64,000 bases of DNA, taken from the IMG/VR virus record IMGVR_UViG_3300009159_000035; one strand, 5' to 3'. The notes under the pieces are model-generated. The model was not told where the DNA came from, ran no database searches, and saw only the letters and a list, made by a program, of their open reading frames with translations. The DNA is from a virus. A program made the translations under genes and the position numbers. Below are positions 17,654 to 27,038 of the stretch, piece after piece (within the stretch, counting starts at the first letter, position 1; every line of letters begins with the position of its first letter).

Positions 17654-18340
17654 ATGGAGATAACATTTATATCAGATACTCATTGGCTTGTTTCAGATGC
17701 CAGTGATCGAGCTGAATTAACTGAGCTTTTACCTGGTGGCCCAATCTTGGTACATGCAGGAGACGTAAGCGGTAGAGGTACTGAAAGAGAGATCCGGATT
17801 TTCTTGGACTGGTTTCATAAGCTACCATACATGCATAAGATTTTAATCTCAGGTAATCATGACTTCTTTTTTGAAGTTGCAAAACCTGAAGAGGTTCAAG
17901 CATTACTTGCTGAATATCCTGGAATTACCTACTTAAATGATAGTGGAGTTACAATTGAAGGTATAAAATTTTGGGGTAGCCCAATAACACCCGAGTTTCA
18001 TAATTGGGCATTTAACCGTTTTGCAAATGAAATTGGTGCCCATTGGGATCTTATACCTGAAGACACCGATGTCTTAATAACACACGGTCCTCCTTATGGA
18101 GTACTCGATAAAACAATAAGAGAAGGTTGGAGTGTTGGTTGTAAACACCTATTAAAGAAGGTTGATCAAGTTAAACCGCAAGTTCATGTATTTGGTCATA
18201 TTCATGAAGCCATGGGCCAAATTAAAATTGGCAAGACCCAGTTTATTAATGCATCAGTTGTTGATGCCAGATATTCGCTGTACTATGAGAACCCTCCAAT
18301 TATTAATGTTGAACCAAACGCTAAATCGTTAGTACAATAA
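17654..18340 (+). CDS. calcineurin-like metallophosphoesterase
   Basis: ISDTH, HAGD, GNHD, THGPP, FGHIHE. Confidence 0.9.
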   Translation: MEITFISDTHWLVSDASDRAELTELLPGGPILVHAGDVSGRGTEREIRIFLDWFHKLPYMHKILISGNHDFFFEVAKPEEVQALLAEYPGITYLNDSGVTIEGIKFWGSPITPEFHNWAFNRFANEIGAHWDLIPEDTDVLITHGPPYGVLDKTIREGWSVGCKHLLKKVDQVKPQVHVFGHIHEAMGQIKIGKTQFINASVVDARYSLYYENPPIINVEPNAKSLVQ

Positions 18341-18346
18341 TTGTAA

Positions 18347-19300
18347 ATGGCTGACCTAATTATAATTACCGCATTTTGTCCAACTGAAGAACAGGAAAGT
18401 GCACTAGACCGGTGTATTGAGTCAGTGCTAAAATGCGGATTCCATATTGCTTTAATATCACATACTCATATTCCAATTCACATACAAAAAAAATGTAATT
18501 ATTATGTTTATGATTATTTGAATGATGTTTCGGATGAGGTTGATTTGTTAGGCCATGAGTATTTTATATTTGACAATTCAAGAATTCAATCTAGATTTTT
18601 TAATAAAACTTTTTATGGATTTGCAATTTACCGAATGTTTTCAATTGCAAGTCAACTTGCAATAAACTTTGGATATGATAATATACATCATATTGAATAT
18701 GATTGCGAACTATTAGATAAGTATCTTATTCTTGAAAACTCTAAACTGCTTGAAACTTATGACTCGATTATTTATACTGATAGTGGAAATGAAGATGGAA
18801 TGTTGTTTGGTTCTTTTAAGTCATTTAAAGTAAAATCATTACCTGATAAATTTAAAAACTATGATCGTGATTTTATTGAAATAGAAATTAAAAAAGCGCA
18901 ACCGTCTAGGCTTGAATATTTAACAAAAGATCTTTTCATAAATTCAGGAAAGGTTTTATTTGGACCTGAACCGTCAGTCAATCGATTTAAAAGAGGTGCT
19001 ACTTTCTATAATAGAAATTTACATCATACTTTATATTACAGTGAACAGGATCAGAATTTACATTTATTTTATAAATCAGTAACTAATGTAAGTGAACTGA
19101 TTTGCGTAATCATAAACAACAGTCAAGTAATAATGATTGAGGTTTTACCTAATACTTGGAGCATACGACATTTGGGCCTGTTCGATGAAATTAATCATGT
19201 TAGAATTGATAACTCTGCAAAAATCATTTATCAAAAATCATTTGACTCACAAGACAAAGAACTTTTTAAAATTAAATCATATCTACTAGAAGTTAAATGA
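18347..19300 (+). CDS. hypothetical protein, possibly glycosyltransferase-like
   Basis: HIEYDC DxD-like motif; first gene of sugar-modification operon. Confidence 0.45.
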   Translation: MADLIIITAFCPTEEQESALDRCIESVLKCGFHIALISHTHIPIHIQKKCNYYVYDYLNDVSDEVDLLGHEYFIFDNSRIQSRFFNKTFYGFAIYRMFSIASQLAINFGYDNIHHIEYDCELLDKYLILENSKLLETYDSIIYTDSGNEDGMLFGSFKSFKVKSLPDKFKNYDRDFIEIEIKKAQPSRLEYLTKDLFINSGKVLFGPEPSVNRFKRGATFYNRNLHHTLYYSEQDQNLHLFYKSVTNVSELICVIINNSQVIMIEVLPNTWSIRHLGLFDEINHVRIDNSAKIIYQKSFDSQDKELFKIKSYLLEVK

Positions 19301-20124
19301 AAAAAATAATTAATTTTACACCAACTGGTACTCAAACAACCAGAACCAATTCATTAGCTCCATTAATACCAAATGAAATAATTGATTCCGTTCATGAAGC
19401 AAATGAGATTGGTATATCTATTGTTCATTTACATGCCAGGGATGAGGTTACATTAGAGAATACATACAAGAAAGAAATATATCAAAAGATTATAGAGGGG
19501 ATAAAGAAATATTGTCCTGACCTACTAATCTGTGTATCTCTTACGGGAAGAAACTTTCCTGAATTAGAGAAAAGATCTGAGGTATTACAGCTATTACCTG
19601 ACATGGGTTCATTAACAATGTCATCATTAAACTTTCCGTCTGGTGCATCAGTTAACCAACCTAATATGATTTTATCATTGATTGATGAGATGGATAAGTA
19701 TGGGGTACAACCTGAGATAGAATGTTTTGACGCAGGTATGTTAAACTATACAAATTACATTATTTCAAAGAACATATTAATGCCACCATATCATATAAAC
19801 ATCATACTAGGAAACATGTACAATGGTCAATGTGATTTGGGTACCTTATCAACAATCAAAAACAATCTACCATCAAACTCATTCACCTGTTTGGGTGGAA
19901 TAGGTTCACAACAACTAAAGAGTACAACATACGGGTTATTAGATTTTGATGGTGTTAGAATCGGGTTGGAAGATAATCTATATTACAAAGGTAAGGAAAA
20001 AACGACAAACATGATGTTATTAAAACGTATTCATAGGATAATGAATGAGTTGGACATGAAACACTATACATCAAATGAATTAAAAGAAAAAGGATATGGC
20101 AACAAAGTTACTAATATTAGGTAA
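19297..20124 (+). CDS. beta-keto acid cleavage enzyme (BKACE/DUF849)
   Basis: IINFTPTG, IVHLHARD, GSLN-like SSLNF, PEIECFD, RIGLEDN. Confidence 0.9.
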   Translation: MKKIINFTPTGTQTTRTNSLAPLIPNEIIDSVHEANEIGISIVHLHARDEVTLENTYKKEIYQKIIEGIKKYCPDLLICVSLTGRNFPELEKRSEVLQLLPDMGSLTMSSLNFPSGASVNQPNMILSLIDEMDKYGVQPEIECFDAGMLNYTNYIISKNILMPPYHINIILGNMYNGQCDLGTLSTIKNNLPSNSFTCLGGIGSQQLKSTTYGLLDFDGVRIGLEDNLYYKGKEKTTNMMLLKRIHRIMNELDMKHYTSNELKEKGYGNKVTNIR

Positions 20125-20737
20125 GGGGGATAATATCATAACAATGATATTGGATAACTTATACTCACACAATACAAGACAACCTGAGATTCATATATAT
20201 AATAATTTGAATCTACCAATCCTAAACACATTCGAGCACGATAGATTTAATATTGAAGTATTAGATAATATCAATATGGATGATTACGACTTGATTACAC
20301 TTGGGGTTTATCAACCATCACATAAAAGAAAAATTGTGGAGACATTAAATCCTGACATCAATATGTTCATGAATATAATACATGATGGTTTGGATATTTC
20401 TTATATGAGTAAACTTGGACGTGGACTTCTTATTAACTCAAATGTATCAATAGCGGCGCACACAACAATTTGGAACTTTGTGTCGATCAACCGGCATGTA
20501 TCGATCGGACATCATACAACAATAGGTGATTACTGTTCAATCAATCCAGGAGTTAATATTGCAGGTAATGTAACCATAGGTGAGGGAACAACAATTGGTA
20601 TGGGTGCAAACATATTAAACACGGTGAAGATAGGAAAGAATTGCATTATCGGTGCTGGTTCAGTTGTGACAAAGGATATTCCTGACAATGTTATAGCATA
20701 CGGTTCACCTTGCAAAATTATTAAAGACAATGGCTAA
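20096..20737 (+). CDS. sugar N/O-acyltransferase (PglD/NeuD-like hexapeptide repeat)
   Basis: SIGHH; hexapeptide repeats; IGAGSVVTKDIP..GSPCK. Confidence 0.9.
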   Translation: MATKLLILGKGDNIITMILDNLYSHNTRQPEIHIYNNLNLPILNTFEHDRFNIEVLDNINMDDYDLITLGVYQPSHKRKIVETLNPDINMFMNIIHDGLDISYMSKLGRGLLINSNVSIAAHTTIWNFVSINRHVSIGHHTTIGDYCSINPGVNIAGNVTIGEGTTIGMGANILNTVKIGKNCIIGAGSVVTKDIPDNVIAYGSPCKIIKDNG

Positions 20738-21359
20738 CGGAGCATATAAGATAACTGAAGATTTTGAAAAATTATTATGTGATTATACTGGAGCTCGATA
20801 CGCTGTTGCCCTAGATAATCAGTCAAACGCTTTATTCTTGGCTCTATACTACGAAAATATTAAAGGGCAAGAAATAACAATACCGTCAAGAACTTATCCA
20901 TCGGTACCATGTGAGATAATACATGCAGGCGGCACCGTTAAGTTTGAACCAACAGGCAAGAAAACATTAACTGGAGCGTATCAACTAAAACCAACTAAGA
21001 TATGGGACAGTGCACTAAGGTTTACAGCAGACATGTTTATTCCAAATACACATATGTGCATATCTTTTACTGGACCATATAAACATCTTAAATTATCAAA
21101 GGGCGGCGCAATATTAACAGATGATGAGGCGGCATATGCTTGGTTTAAAAGAGCTAGGTATAGCGGGCGAAGAGAGTGTTCATATCATGAAGATGACTTA
21201 GATATGTTGGGATGGAATTTTTATATGATACCTGAACTAGCGACCAGAGGCGTATTATTAATGAATCAGTTTTATAATTATAATGGCAGTAAAAAGGCAA
21301 ACCCTGATATTGAGCTTCCCTATCCAGATCTTTCAAAGTTCCCAATATATCAAAAGTAA
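20730..21359 (+). CDS. DegT/DnrJ/EryC1 family aminotransferase, short form
   Basis: FEKLL..YAVA; WDSA; SFTGPYKHL..GGAILTDD; only 209 aa. Confidence 0.8.
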   Translation: MANGAYKITEDFEKLLCDYTGARYAVALDNQSNALFLALYYENIKGQEITIPSRTYPSVPCEIIHAGGTVKFEPTGKKTLTGAYQLKPTKIWDSALRFTADMFIPNTHMCISFTGPYKHLKLSKGGAILTDDEAAYAWFKRARYSGRRECSYHEDDLDMLGWNFYMIPELATRGVLLMNQFYNYNGSKKANPDIELPYPDLSKFPIYQK

Positions 21360-21413
21360 ATTGTTTTATCTTAATAAAAACAATTTTAAAATTGTTAGTA
21401 TAATAATATAGAG

Positions 21414-21635
21414 ATGGATCAATTAGAAAACAAAAGAACCTATTCATTTAAACTTGGTGGGTTATATCCAATCCTTGCCTTTTGTACTGCAATGATAGGT
21501 TACACAATTCATACCAGTATATTTTGGAGTATAATGGATTTCTTTTTTGCTCCATTTGCTTGGATGAAATGGTTAATCATGCATCAAGTAAATATTACAA
21601 TCATTAAGGAAACGTTTTCCTTTTTTATACAATAG
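21414..21635 (+). CDS. small membrane protein
   Basis: hydrophobic 73 aa. Confidence 0.6.
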   Translation: MDQLENKRTYSFKLGGLYPILAFCTAMIGYTIHTSIFWSIMDFFFAPFAWMKWLIMHQVNITIIKETFSFFIQ

Positions 21636-21647
21636 TTCTTTACACAT

Positions 21648-21735
21648 GGAGAAATGGCAGAGCGGTCGATTGCGGCAGTCTTGAAAACTGTTGTACCGAA
21701 AGGTACCTGGGGTTCGAATCCCTATTTCTCCGCCA
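21648..21735 (+). tRNA. tRNA-Ser(UGA)
   Basis: GGAGAAA/TTTCTCC-G-CCA; loop CT-TGA-AA; long variable arm. Confidence 0.95.
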
Positions 21736-21749
21736 ATTTAATTAACAAA

Positions 21750-22010
21750 ATGAAGAAAGGTTCCCAAATTCGTGCTGAAATACTTGATAAGGACTTACGT
21801 AACTTGGCTGCAGAATTCGCAGAGAAATTAGAAACTGATCCATACCAGCCTGGCGTGGTCCACCCACAAATATACCCAGACGATTTACAAGAAGTAGTTG
21901 AAGACCTTTTCTATATTAGGGGTTATTCTGAGGCAACCATTAAAATATTTAGAAATAAGGACGGGGTTTCAATTAGGGTTGAAGTATTAGACCGAGCTGG
22001 GAATAAATAA
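21750..22010 (+). CDS. hypothetical protein
   Basis: Start moved to MKKGSQ, downstream of tRNA-Ser. Confidence 0.65.
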   Translation: MKKGSQIRAEILDKDLRNLAAEFAEKLETDPYQPGVVHPQIYPDDLQEVVEDLFYIRGYSEATIKIFRNKDGVSIRVEVLDRAGNK

Positions 22011-22029
22011 CTAAAAGTTATTACCCTAA

Positions 22030-22584
22030 GTGAAAGCTAAGAAATTCAAACAGTTTGTAACTGAAGCAATTAAGCACAGATCTGCTAGTATTAGTGTTGA
22101 CGTAGAAGAGTGCGTATTTGTTATTAATGATACCATTTATTTTATGACACTTACCCTTGATGCAACAGTTGACCATGAACCAGCAGATTCGTCAGTTGGG
22201 CTATCTGCTTCAACTTATGTAGACGAATGGTGGGTAGCTAATATTCCCTTTTGTGAAAAATTCACAGATCCAGAAATTAACCAACAGGTATTTGCTGAAA
22301 TCTCTAATATTATAAATGATACTACTAGCCTTCGTGAATTAGACTTAGTTTCTGACTCGGTTGAAAAAGCAGTAAGTGACTATCTTTGGAAGGCATTAAA
22401 CTTGTATCCAATGGAAGAGGTACAGGCAACTGAATTATCTCAAGTAACCTCAATCCTAGCTAAACAAATTGATGACTCTAGTTATAAGAATTTGATATAT
22501 CAAGATTTAACTGGAAACTTTGACGAGCGAGCTACTAGGGAATTAGATAATGAAGTTGAACATTATGATAATGGTAGATGGTAA
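22030..22584 (+). CDS. putative internal head protein (CTS-like leader)
   Basis: MKAKKFKQFVTEA; DTTSLRELDL. Confidence 0.6.
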   Translation: MKAKKFKQFVTEAIKHRSASISVDVEECVFVINDTIYFMTLTLDATVDHEPADSSVGLSASTYVDEWWVANIPFCEKFTDPEINQQVFAEISNIINDTTSLRELDLVSDSVEKAVSDYLWKALNLYPMEEVQATELSQVTSILAKQIDDSSYKNLIYQDLTGNFDERATRELDNEVEHYDNGRW

Positions 22585-22660
22585 TGAAAGTGATGATTAT
22601 CATTATGATCGTTAGTAGAAACTATGCCTATATAAATAACCTAAAATAGTTAAAACACTT

Positions 22661-23209
22661 ATGCAAATGCTGAAATTTACACAATTTATAAATGAAGCTA
22701 ATTTAACAGATAAGACTCTTACTGTTAAATTAGCCAGAATCCATGAAATTAAAAAACGCCTTAAAGAGCTAACTGCTGAAACCAAGTCAATTGAAGGTGA
22801 GTTAAAAGACTTTGATGCTAGTATTAAACCAGTATTTGATGCAATGAAAACCTTAAATGATAAGTTAGCCTTAACTGAGGAATATGTAATTAAGATTACC
22901 AAATATGGTGGAGAAGGTAGTGCAGTTTCTTATGGTAAAGCCGTTGAACAAGCTCTTACTCAAGTTGATGAAGCTGCTCAAGCAATTATTAACGAATGTG
23001 TTAGAGTAAATACTGCAGTAACTAGTGTAAAACACTCTTATGAAATTCAAAAAGTTAACGAATCTAAATTATCTGATAAAGTAAAGGCAGTAGTTGCTAA
23101 ATTATCTAATAAAATAAAGTCAGCAGTTGCAAATTTTAAATCAATATTTGCAACTAAGACAGCTAAGATCGATCAAGCTAACCAAAAATTAGCAGATATT
23201 TTAAAGTAA
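22661..23209 (+). CDS. putative internal head/core coiled-coil protein (CTS-like leader)
   Basis: MLKFTQFINEA; internal KVNES. Confidence 0.6.
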   Translation: MQMLKFTQFINEANLTDKTLTVKLARIHEIKKRLKELTAETKSIEGELKDFDASIKPVFDAMKTLNDKLALTEEYVIKITKYGGEGSAVSYGKAVEQALTQVDEAAQAIINECVRVNTAVTSVKHSYEIQKVNESKLSDKVKAVVAKLSNKIKSAVANFKSIFATKTAKIDQANQKLADILK

Positions 23210-23318
23210 TTAAAATTTTAGCAAGAAATAATGATCTAAGCAATGAAGCCGGTCTTACTTATTTTTATGGATCTAAAGACTAATTAAAACCTTTTTTTAA
23301 AAGGTTAATATAATAACC

Positions 23319-23361
23319 TAAGAAAACCTTGAACCTAAAAAATTCAAGGTTTTTTGGTATA
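23319..23361 (+). repeat. 43-bp direct repeat, copy 1 (hairpin plus promoter start)
   Basis: TAAGAAAACCTTGAACCTAAAAAATTCAAGGTTTTTTGGTATA, identical at 24398-24440. Confidence 0.9.
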
Positions 23362-23377
23362 TTAATAATATAAACAT

Positions 23378-23449
23378 AGCGGGTTAGAGCAGTGGTAGCT
23401 CGCGAGCCTCATAAGCTCGAGGTCGGGGGTTCAAATCCCTCACCCGCAA
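23378..23449 (+). tRNA. tRNA-Met(CAU), initiator-like
   Basis: AGCGGGT/ACCCGCA with 1:72 mismatch; loop CT-CAT-AA; stem CGAGC/GCTCG. Confidence 0.9.
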
Positions 23450-23505
23450 CCGTGACTATTTTGGCATTTGTACTTAGATAAATAAATTAAAAGTATAAAT
23501 CTAAA

Positions 23506-24138
23506 ATGTCAAAACAGCATAAGTACAACTACATTTATAAGACAACTTGTAGTATGACTGGCAAATACTATATAGGAATGCACTCAACGTTCAACTTAGA
23601 AGATGGGTACATCGGAAGCGGAAGAAGATTATGGTTGTCTATTAATAAACATGGTAAGGAAAATCATTCTATCCAAATTTTAGAATGGTTACCTGATCGA
23701 AGTTCTTTGAAATTAAGAGAGCGAGAATTAGTTAATGAGGAATTATTAAATGATTCAATGTGCATGAATTTGCAACTAGGAGGCGGCGGAGGATTTACCG
23801 GAGGTGAGCATGCTCAAAAATTCCATAAAGCCGGTAGGCTTGCTACAAATAAGGTCCTTCATGATAGACTTCAGAATGATGTTGATTATCGAAAAAGATT
23901 TTGTGAGTCAGTTAGCAACTCGAAGAAAGGAAATCAATTTTGGCTAAATAAAAAACACACTAAAGAGACTAAGCTGAAAATTGGAGAAGCTAATTCAATA
24001 AAACAATTGGGAATTGCTAATTCTCAATACGGAACATGTTGGATAACTGACGGTTTCGAAAACAAAAAAATAAAGAAAACCGAAGATCTTCCACAAGGTT
24101 GGTCTTACGGTAGAAAGACCCGGATCCATGCAAGTTGA
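23506..24138 (+). CDS. GIY-YIG homing endonuclease (Seg-like, NUMOD3-like segment)
   Basis: YIYKTT..YYIGMH..YIGSG; KHTKETKLKIG. Confidence 0.85.
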   Translation: MSKQHKYNYIYKTTCSMTGKYYIGMHSTFNLEDGYIGSGRRLWLSINKHGKENHSIQILEWLPDRSSLKLRERELVNEELLNDSMCMNLQLGGGGGFTGGEHAQKFHKAGRLATNKVLHDRLQNDVDYRKRFCESVSNSKKGNQFWLNKKHTKETKLKIGEANSIKQLGIANSQYGTCWITDGFENKKIKKTEDLPQGWSYGRKTRIHAS

Positions 24139-24230
24139 GCGCAACCCAAATTGCTCTTCAGGTAGATTTGTATGGATTAAACACCCCGTCACGGTATGCT
24201 CTAAGTGGCAGGAGTGAACTGAAGAGAAAC

Positions 24231-24304
24231 GGACTGGTAGTTCAGCTGGTTAGAATGCCGCCCTGTCACGGCGGAGGTCACGGGTTCGAGTCCCGTCCAG
24301 TCCG
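24231..24304 (+). tRNA. tRNA-Asp(GUC)
   Basis: GGACTGG/CCAGTCC-G; loop CT-GTC-AC. Confidence 0.95.
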
Positions 24305-24397
24305 CACATCATATTAGGGTCGAGCCGTATTGTGCCATGATATGAAATAGACTTGAGAGGATTAGAGACGGCCGTGACTACCTCAAGTCAAATTATT

Positions 24398-24440
24398 TAA
24401 GAAAACCTTGAACCTAAAAAATTCAAGGTTTTTTGGTATA
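24398..24440 (+). repeat. 43-bp direct repeat, copy 2
   Basis: identical to 23319-23361. Confidence 0.9.
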
Positions 24441-24459
24441 ATAACCCTAAAATAAAAAA

Positions 24460-24849
24460 ATGACACATACAACATTATCAAACACAGCAGAGCGGTTAAT
24501 GCAACTGCCAAAGGAAATTGAAAGCTTGCAGTATTCTATCCTAAAAAAGATGACATCATCTACTATAATTGCAGCAAGTGCTTCAAGTATTGAATCAAAG
24601 ATTAGACTTGAAATTAATTCAGAAGTAGATGCAAACGGTAAAAAAGTTTACTCAAATGCTGAAACTCGTGGAGCTGAATTTGAAGAAAGAGCTCAATTTA
24701 ATTCCGAGTTATTGGCAATTCGAGAAGACTATGACTCAATGCAAAGAGAGATTCAGGAAATGAAAATTCAGGTAGAGACCCTAAATAATGAACAGCGCAA
24801 TATCCGTTCAATTCTGCACTTCTTTGCCGGCAGTAATGACCAGCTATAA
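24460..24849 (+). CDS. coiled-coil hypothetical protein
   Basis: 129 aa helical; GKKVYSNAETR. Confidence 0.65.
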   Translation: MTHTTLSNTAERLMQLPKEIESLQYSILKKMTSSTIIAASASSIESKIRLEINSEVDANGKKVYSNAETRGAEFEERAQFNSELLAIREDYDSMQREIQEMKIQVETLNNEQRNIRSILHFFAGSNDQL

Positions 24850-24900
24850 TTAAAAGGACCTGGTCTTTATATAAATAACCTAAAATAATTACTCAATAAT

Positions 24901-25401
24901 ATGAAACTATTAAAATTTACACAATTTGTAAATGAAGAACATTCATCAATGAATGAAAATGAACCGCCAAGACGCCAATATGGTACTATTGATAAATTAA
25001 GATCAATTTTGAAAGGTAAGAAAGTCAAAATGATTGGGAGCTCAACTAAATTAAATCCAATGCTAAAGATAGAAAATGTGGAGGCAATAAGTTCGACTGG
25101 AGGTAATGTCAATGCTCCAGGCTTTACGAGAGATGTTGTTTACTTGGATTGTTCAATAGTAAATGATTACGGTGAAGAACTGGGTGGAATAGCTGATTCG
25201 GGTATTGGAGGTAATGTTGATGTATTTTATAATTGTACTAATAATCCTACAAAAATGTTTAAAATTGACACTGAAATTATGGGTATAGCAAATCGTGAAA
25301 TTGGGGGTGAAACCTATGTTAATCCAAATTTGGCAAAGGAAATTGACACCTATTATGGTTCTTTATGGAAACTAACCCCAACTGTAAAAACGGATTATTA
25401 A
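24901..25401 (+). CDS. putative internal head protein (CTS-like leader)
   Basis: MKLLKFTQFVNEE. Confidence 0.65.
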   Translation: MKLLKFTQFVNEEHSSMNENEPPRRQYGTIDKLRSILKGKKVKMIGSSTKLNPMLKIENVEAISSTGGNVNAPGFTRDVVYLDCSIVNDYGEELGGIADSGIGGNVDVFYNCTNNPTKMFKIDTEIMGIANREIGGETYVNPNLAKEIDTYYGSLWKLTPTVKTDY

Positions 25402-25418
25402 AATAATTAGGATATATT

Positions 25419-26333
25419 ATGAAATTATTAAACTTTACACAATTTGTAAATGAAAATATATTAGAGGCAGTAGCTGGTCTAGAGCCAGTATTTACTCCAC
25501 GAAACGACTCTAAGCCTATGAATTTTCAATTTGAAGAAGGCCAGTTTAAATTAAATGCAGAGCAGTCAGCCAAGGCCATTGCGTTCATAAAAGATCATAT
25601 TAAATCGTCAATTCCAACAATTGAAAAATTTATTTCTACCAGTGGACCAATTTCAAAATCACAAACTGAACTTTCAATTTCAAAATCTACACTACCATCA
25701 ATCATTCAGTTTTACGTTGGAACATCATCAACTGGTACTCAAACTGTCAATTCAAACATTGCACAAAAACGAATGGACTACTTAACAGGTCTTTATCTTG
25801 AGGTTATGAATAGTTTTGGAATTAAGGACAGTATTTCCCGTAAATTAATGATTCAAGCCCCTAAGGACTATCAACCCGCCCCAGTTAATAACAATTTCTA
25901 TGACTCAACTAAACTTGCACCAGTTGCAAAAGATAGATTGTGCCAAATAATTATTAATCCAATTACTACAATGGGTAATACGCCTGGCCAAATTGGTAAT
26001 ATACAAGGTAAGTTAATTGATGCAAGTTCAATTATTAATACTTGGCATGGTGATTTTGTTGATGAAGATGCAATTGTTAGCGGAATAGCAAAGTTACAAA
26101 CCTATTCTGATATTACCGACTTAAATACTGCTTTGAAAAATGCTCGTATGGGTACGTTAGAAGAATTTCTAAATAAACAATTAGCTCACAATGATGCTCT
26201 TGAACTTAATAAAATTGTAAAAATGTTAAATGATGCAGCAACCCGTAGTTTAGATAAAAACGGCAACCCTATAGGATATATTGCAAAAAAGGTTGATAGT
26301 GATACTATCTCAATCATGCTTGCTACCGTTTAA
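25419..26333 (+). CDS. CTS-tagged protein with OmpA-like and annexin-like segments
   Basis: MKLLNFTQFVNE; FEEGQFKL..GTQTVNSNIAQKR; DEDAIVSGIAKL. Confidence 0.5.
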   Translation: MKLLNFTQFVNENILEAVAGLEPVFTPRNDSKPMNFQFEEGQFKLNAEQSAKAIAFIKDHIKSSIPTIEKFISTSGPISKSQTELSISKSTLPSIIQFYVGTSSTGTQTVNSNIAQKRMDYLTGLYLEVMNSFGIKDSISRKLMIQAPKDYQPAPVNNNFYDSTKLAPVAKDRLCQIIINPITTMGNTPGQIGNIQGKLIDASSIINTWHGDFVDEDAIVSGIAKLQTYSDITDLNTALKNARMGTLEEFLNKQLAHNDALELNKIVKMLNDAATRSLDKNGNPIGYIAKKVDSDTISIMLATV

Positions 26334-26369
26334 TTTTATAAATAACCAACTTAATTAATACTAATAATT

Positions 26370-26397
26370 AAACCGGTCTAATTAGGCCGGTTTTTTT
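26370..26397 (+). terminator. intrinsic terminator
   Basis: AACCGGTCTA-AT-TAGGCCGGTT plus T run. Confidence 0.8.
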
Positions 26398-26431
26398 ATG
26401 TGAGATAAATAAAATAAAGTAACTAAACTAA

Positions 26432-27028
26432 ATGAATTATACAAGGGAACAAGTTGAATCGGCAGTAAAAGCTAAGGGTTATACCTGGTTTGATGATATC
26501 GCAAATAAGGGTTATGACTTAAATATTGTAGGAATTAGAAATGCTGGTACAGGCCAAACGGTTACAAATATATTTGATGATTTATTAACAGTTTCATATA
26601 AAGTGGATGGTGCTTGGCAGTTTAATAGTTGGCAAGCTACTACTGATCCAGGTAAAAAAGGTGTTATGGAGTATCATAATGCGGCTGGGGTTGCACGACT
26701 AGTTGAAGGTCAATATAGAGGGTCTCATACAATTAGACTTCATCAAGGTAAATACGAAGCATTAGGTCAGGCAAAAAATGTAAAGGTTTACCGAGACGCA
26801 GACCGTAACCTTATCTATAGCGAGGATAAAATTCAGGAAGGTATATTTGGTATTAATATCCATAAAGCTGGAGCTGACTCTACTTATGTAGAGAACTGGT
26901 CAGAAGGCTGTCAAGTATTTAAGCGATCCGCTGACTTTGACAAGTTTATGGCAATTTGTCGACTTGCGGTACCTATCCATAAAAACTCATTTAGTTATAC
27001 CCTAATCAAGTCAACCGATATAAAATAA
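26432..27028 (+). CDS. putative L,D-transpeptidase (YkuD)-fold cell-wall enzyme
   Basis: GINIH..WSEGCQV His/Cys motif. Confidence 0.55.
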   Translation: MNYTREQVESAVKAKGYTWFDDIANKGYDLNIVGIRNAGTGQTVTNIFDDLLTVSYKVDGAWQFNSWQATTDPGKKGVMEYHNAAGVARLVEGQYRGSHTIRLHQGKYEALGQAKNVKVYRDADRNLIYSEDKIQEGIFGINIHKAGADSTYVENWSEGCQVFKRSADFDKFMAICRLAVPIHKNSFSYTLIKSTDIK

Positions 27029-27038
27029 TTAAGACTAG

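Noticed and set aside
21654-21749. N-terminal 32 codons of ORF 21654..22010
   Set aside because: Overlap tRNA-Ser; the likely start is 21750.
24135-24317. 60-aa ORF
   Set aside because: Translation of tRNA-Asp and flanking structured RNA.
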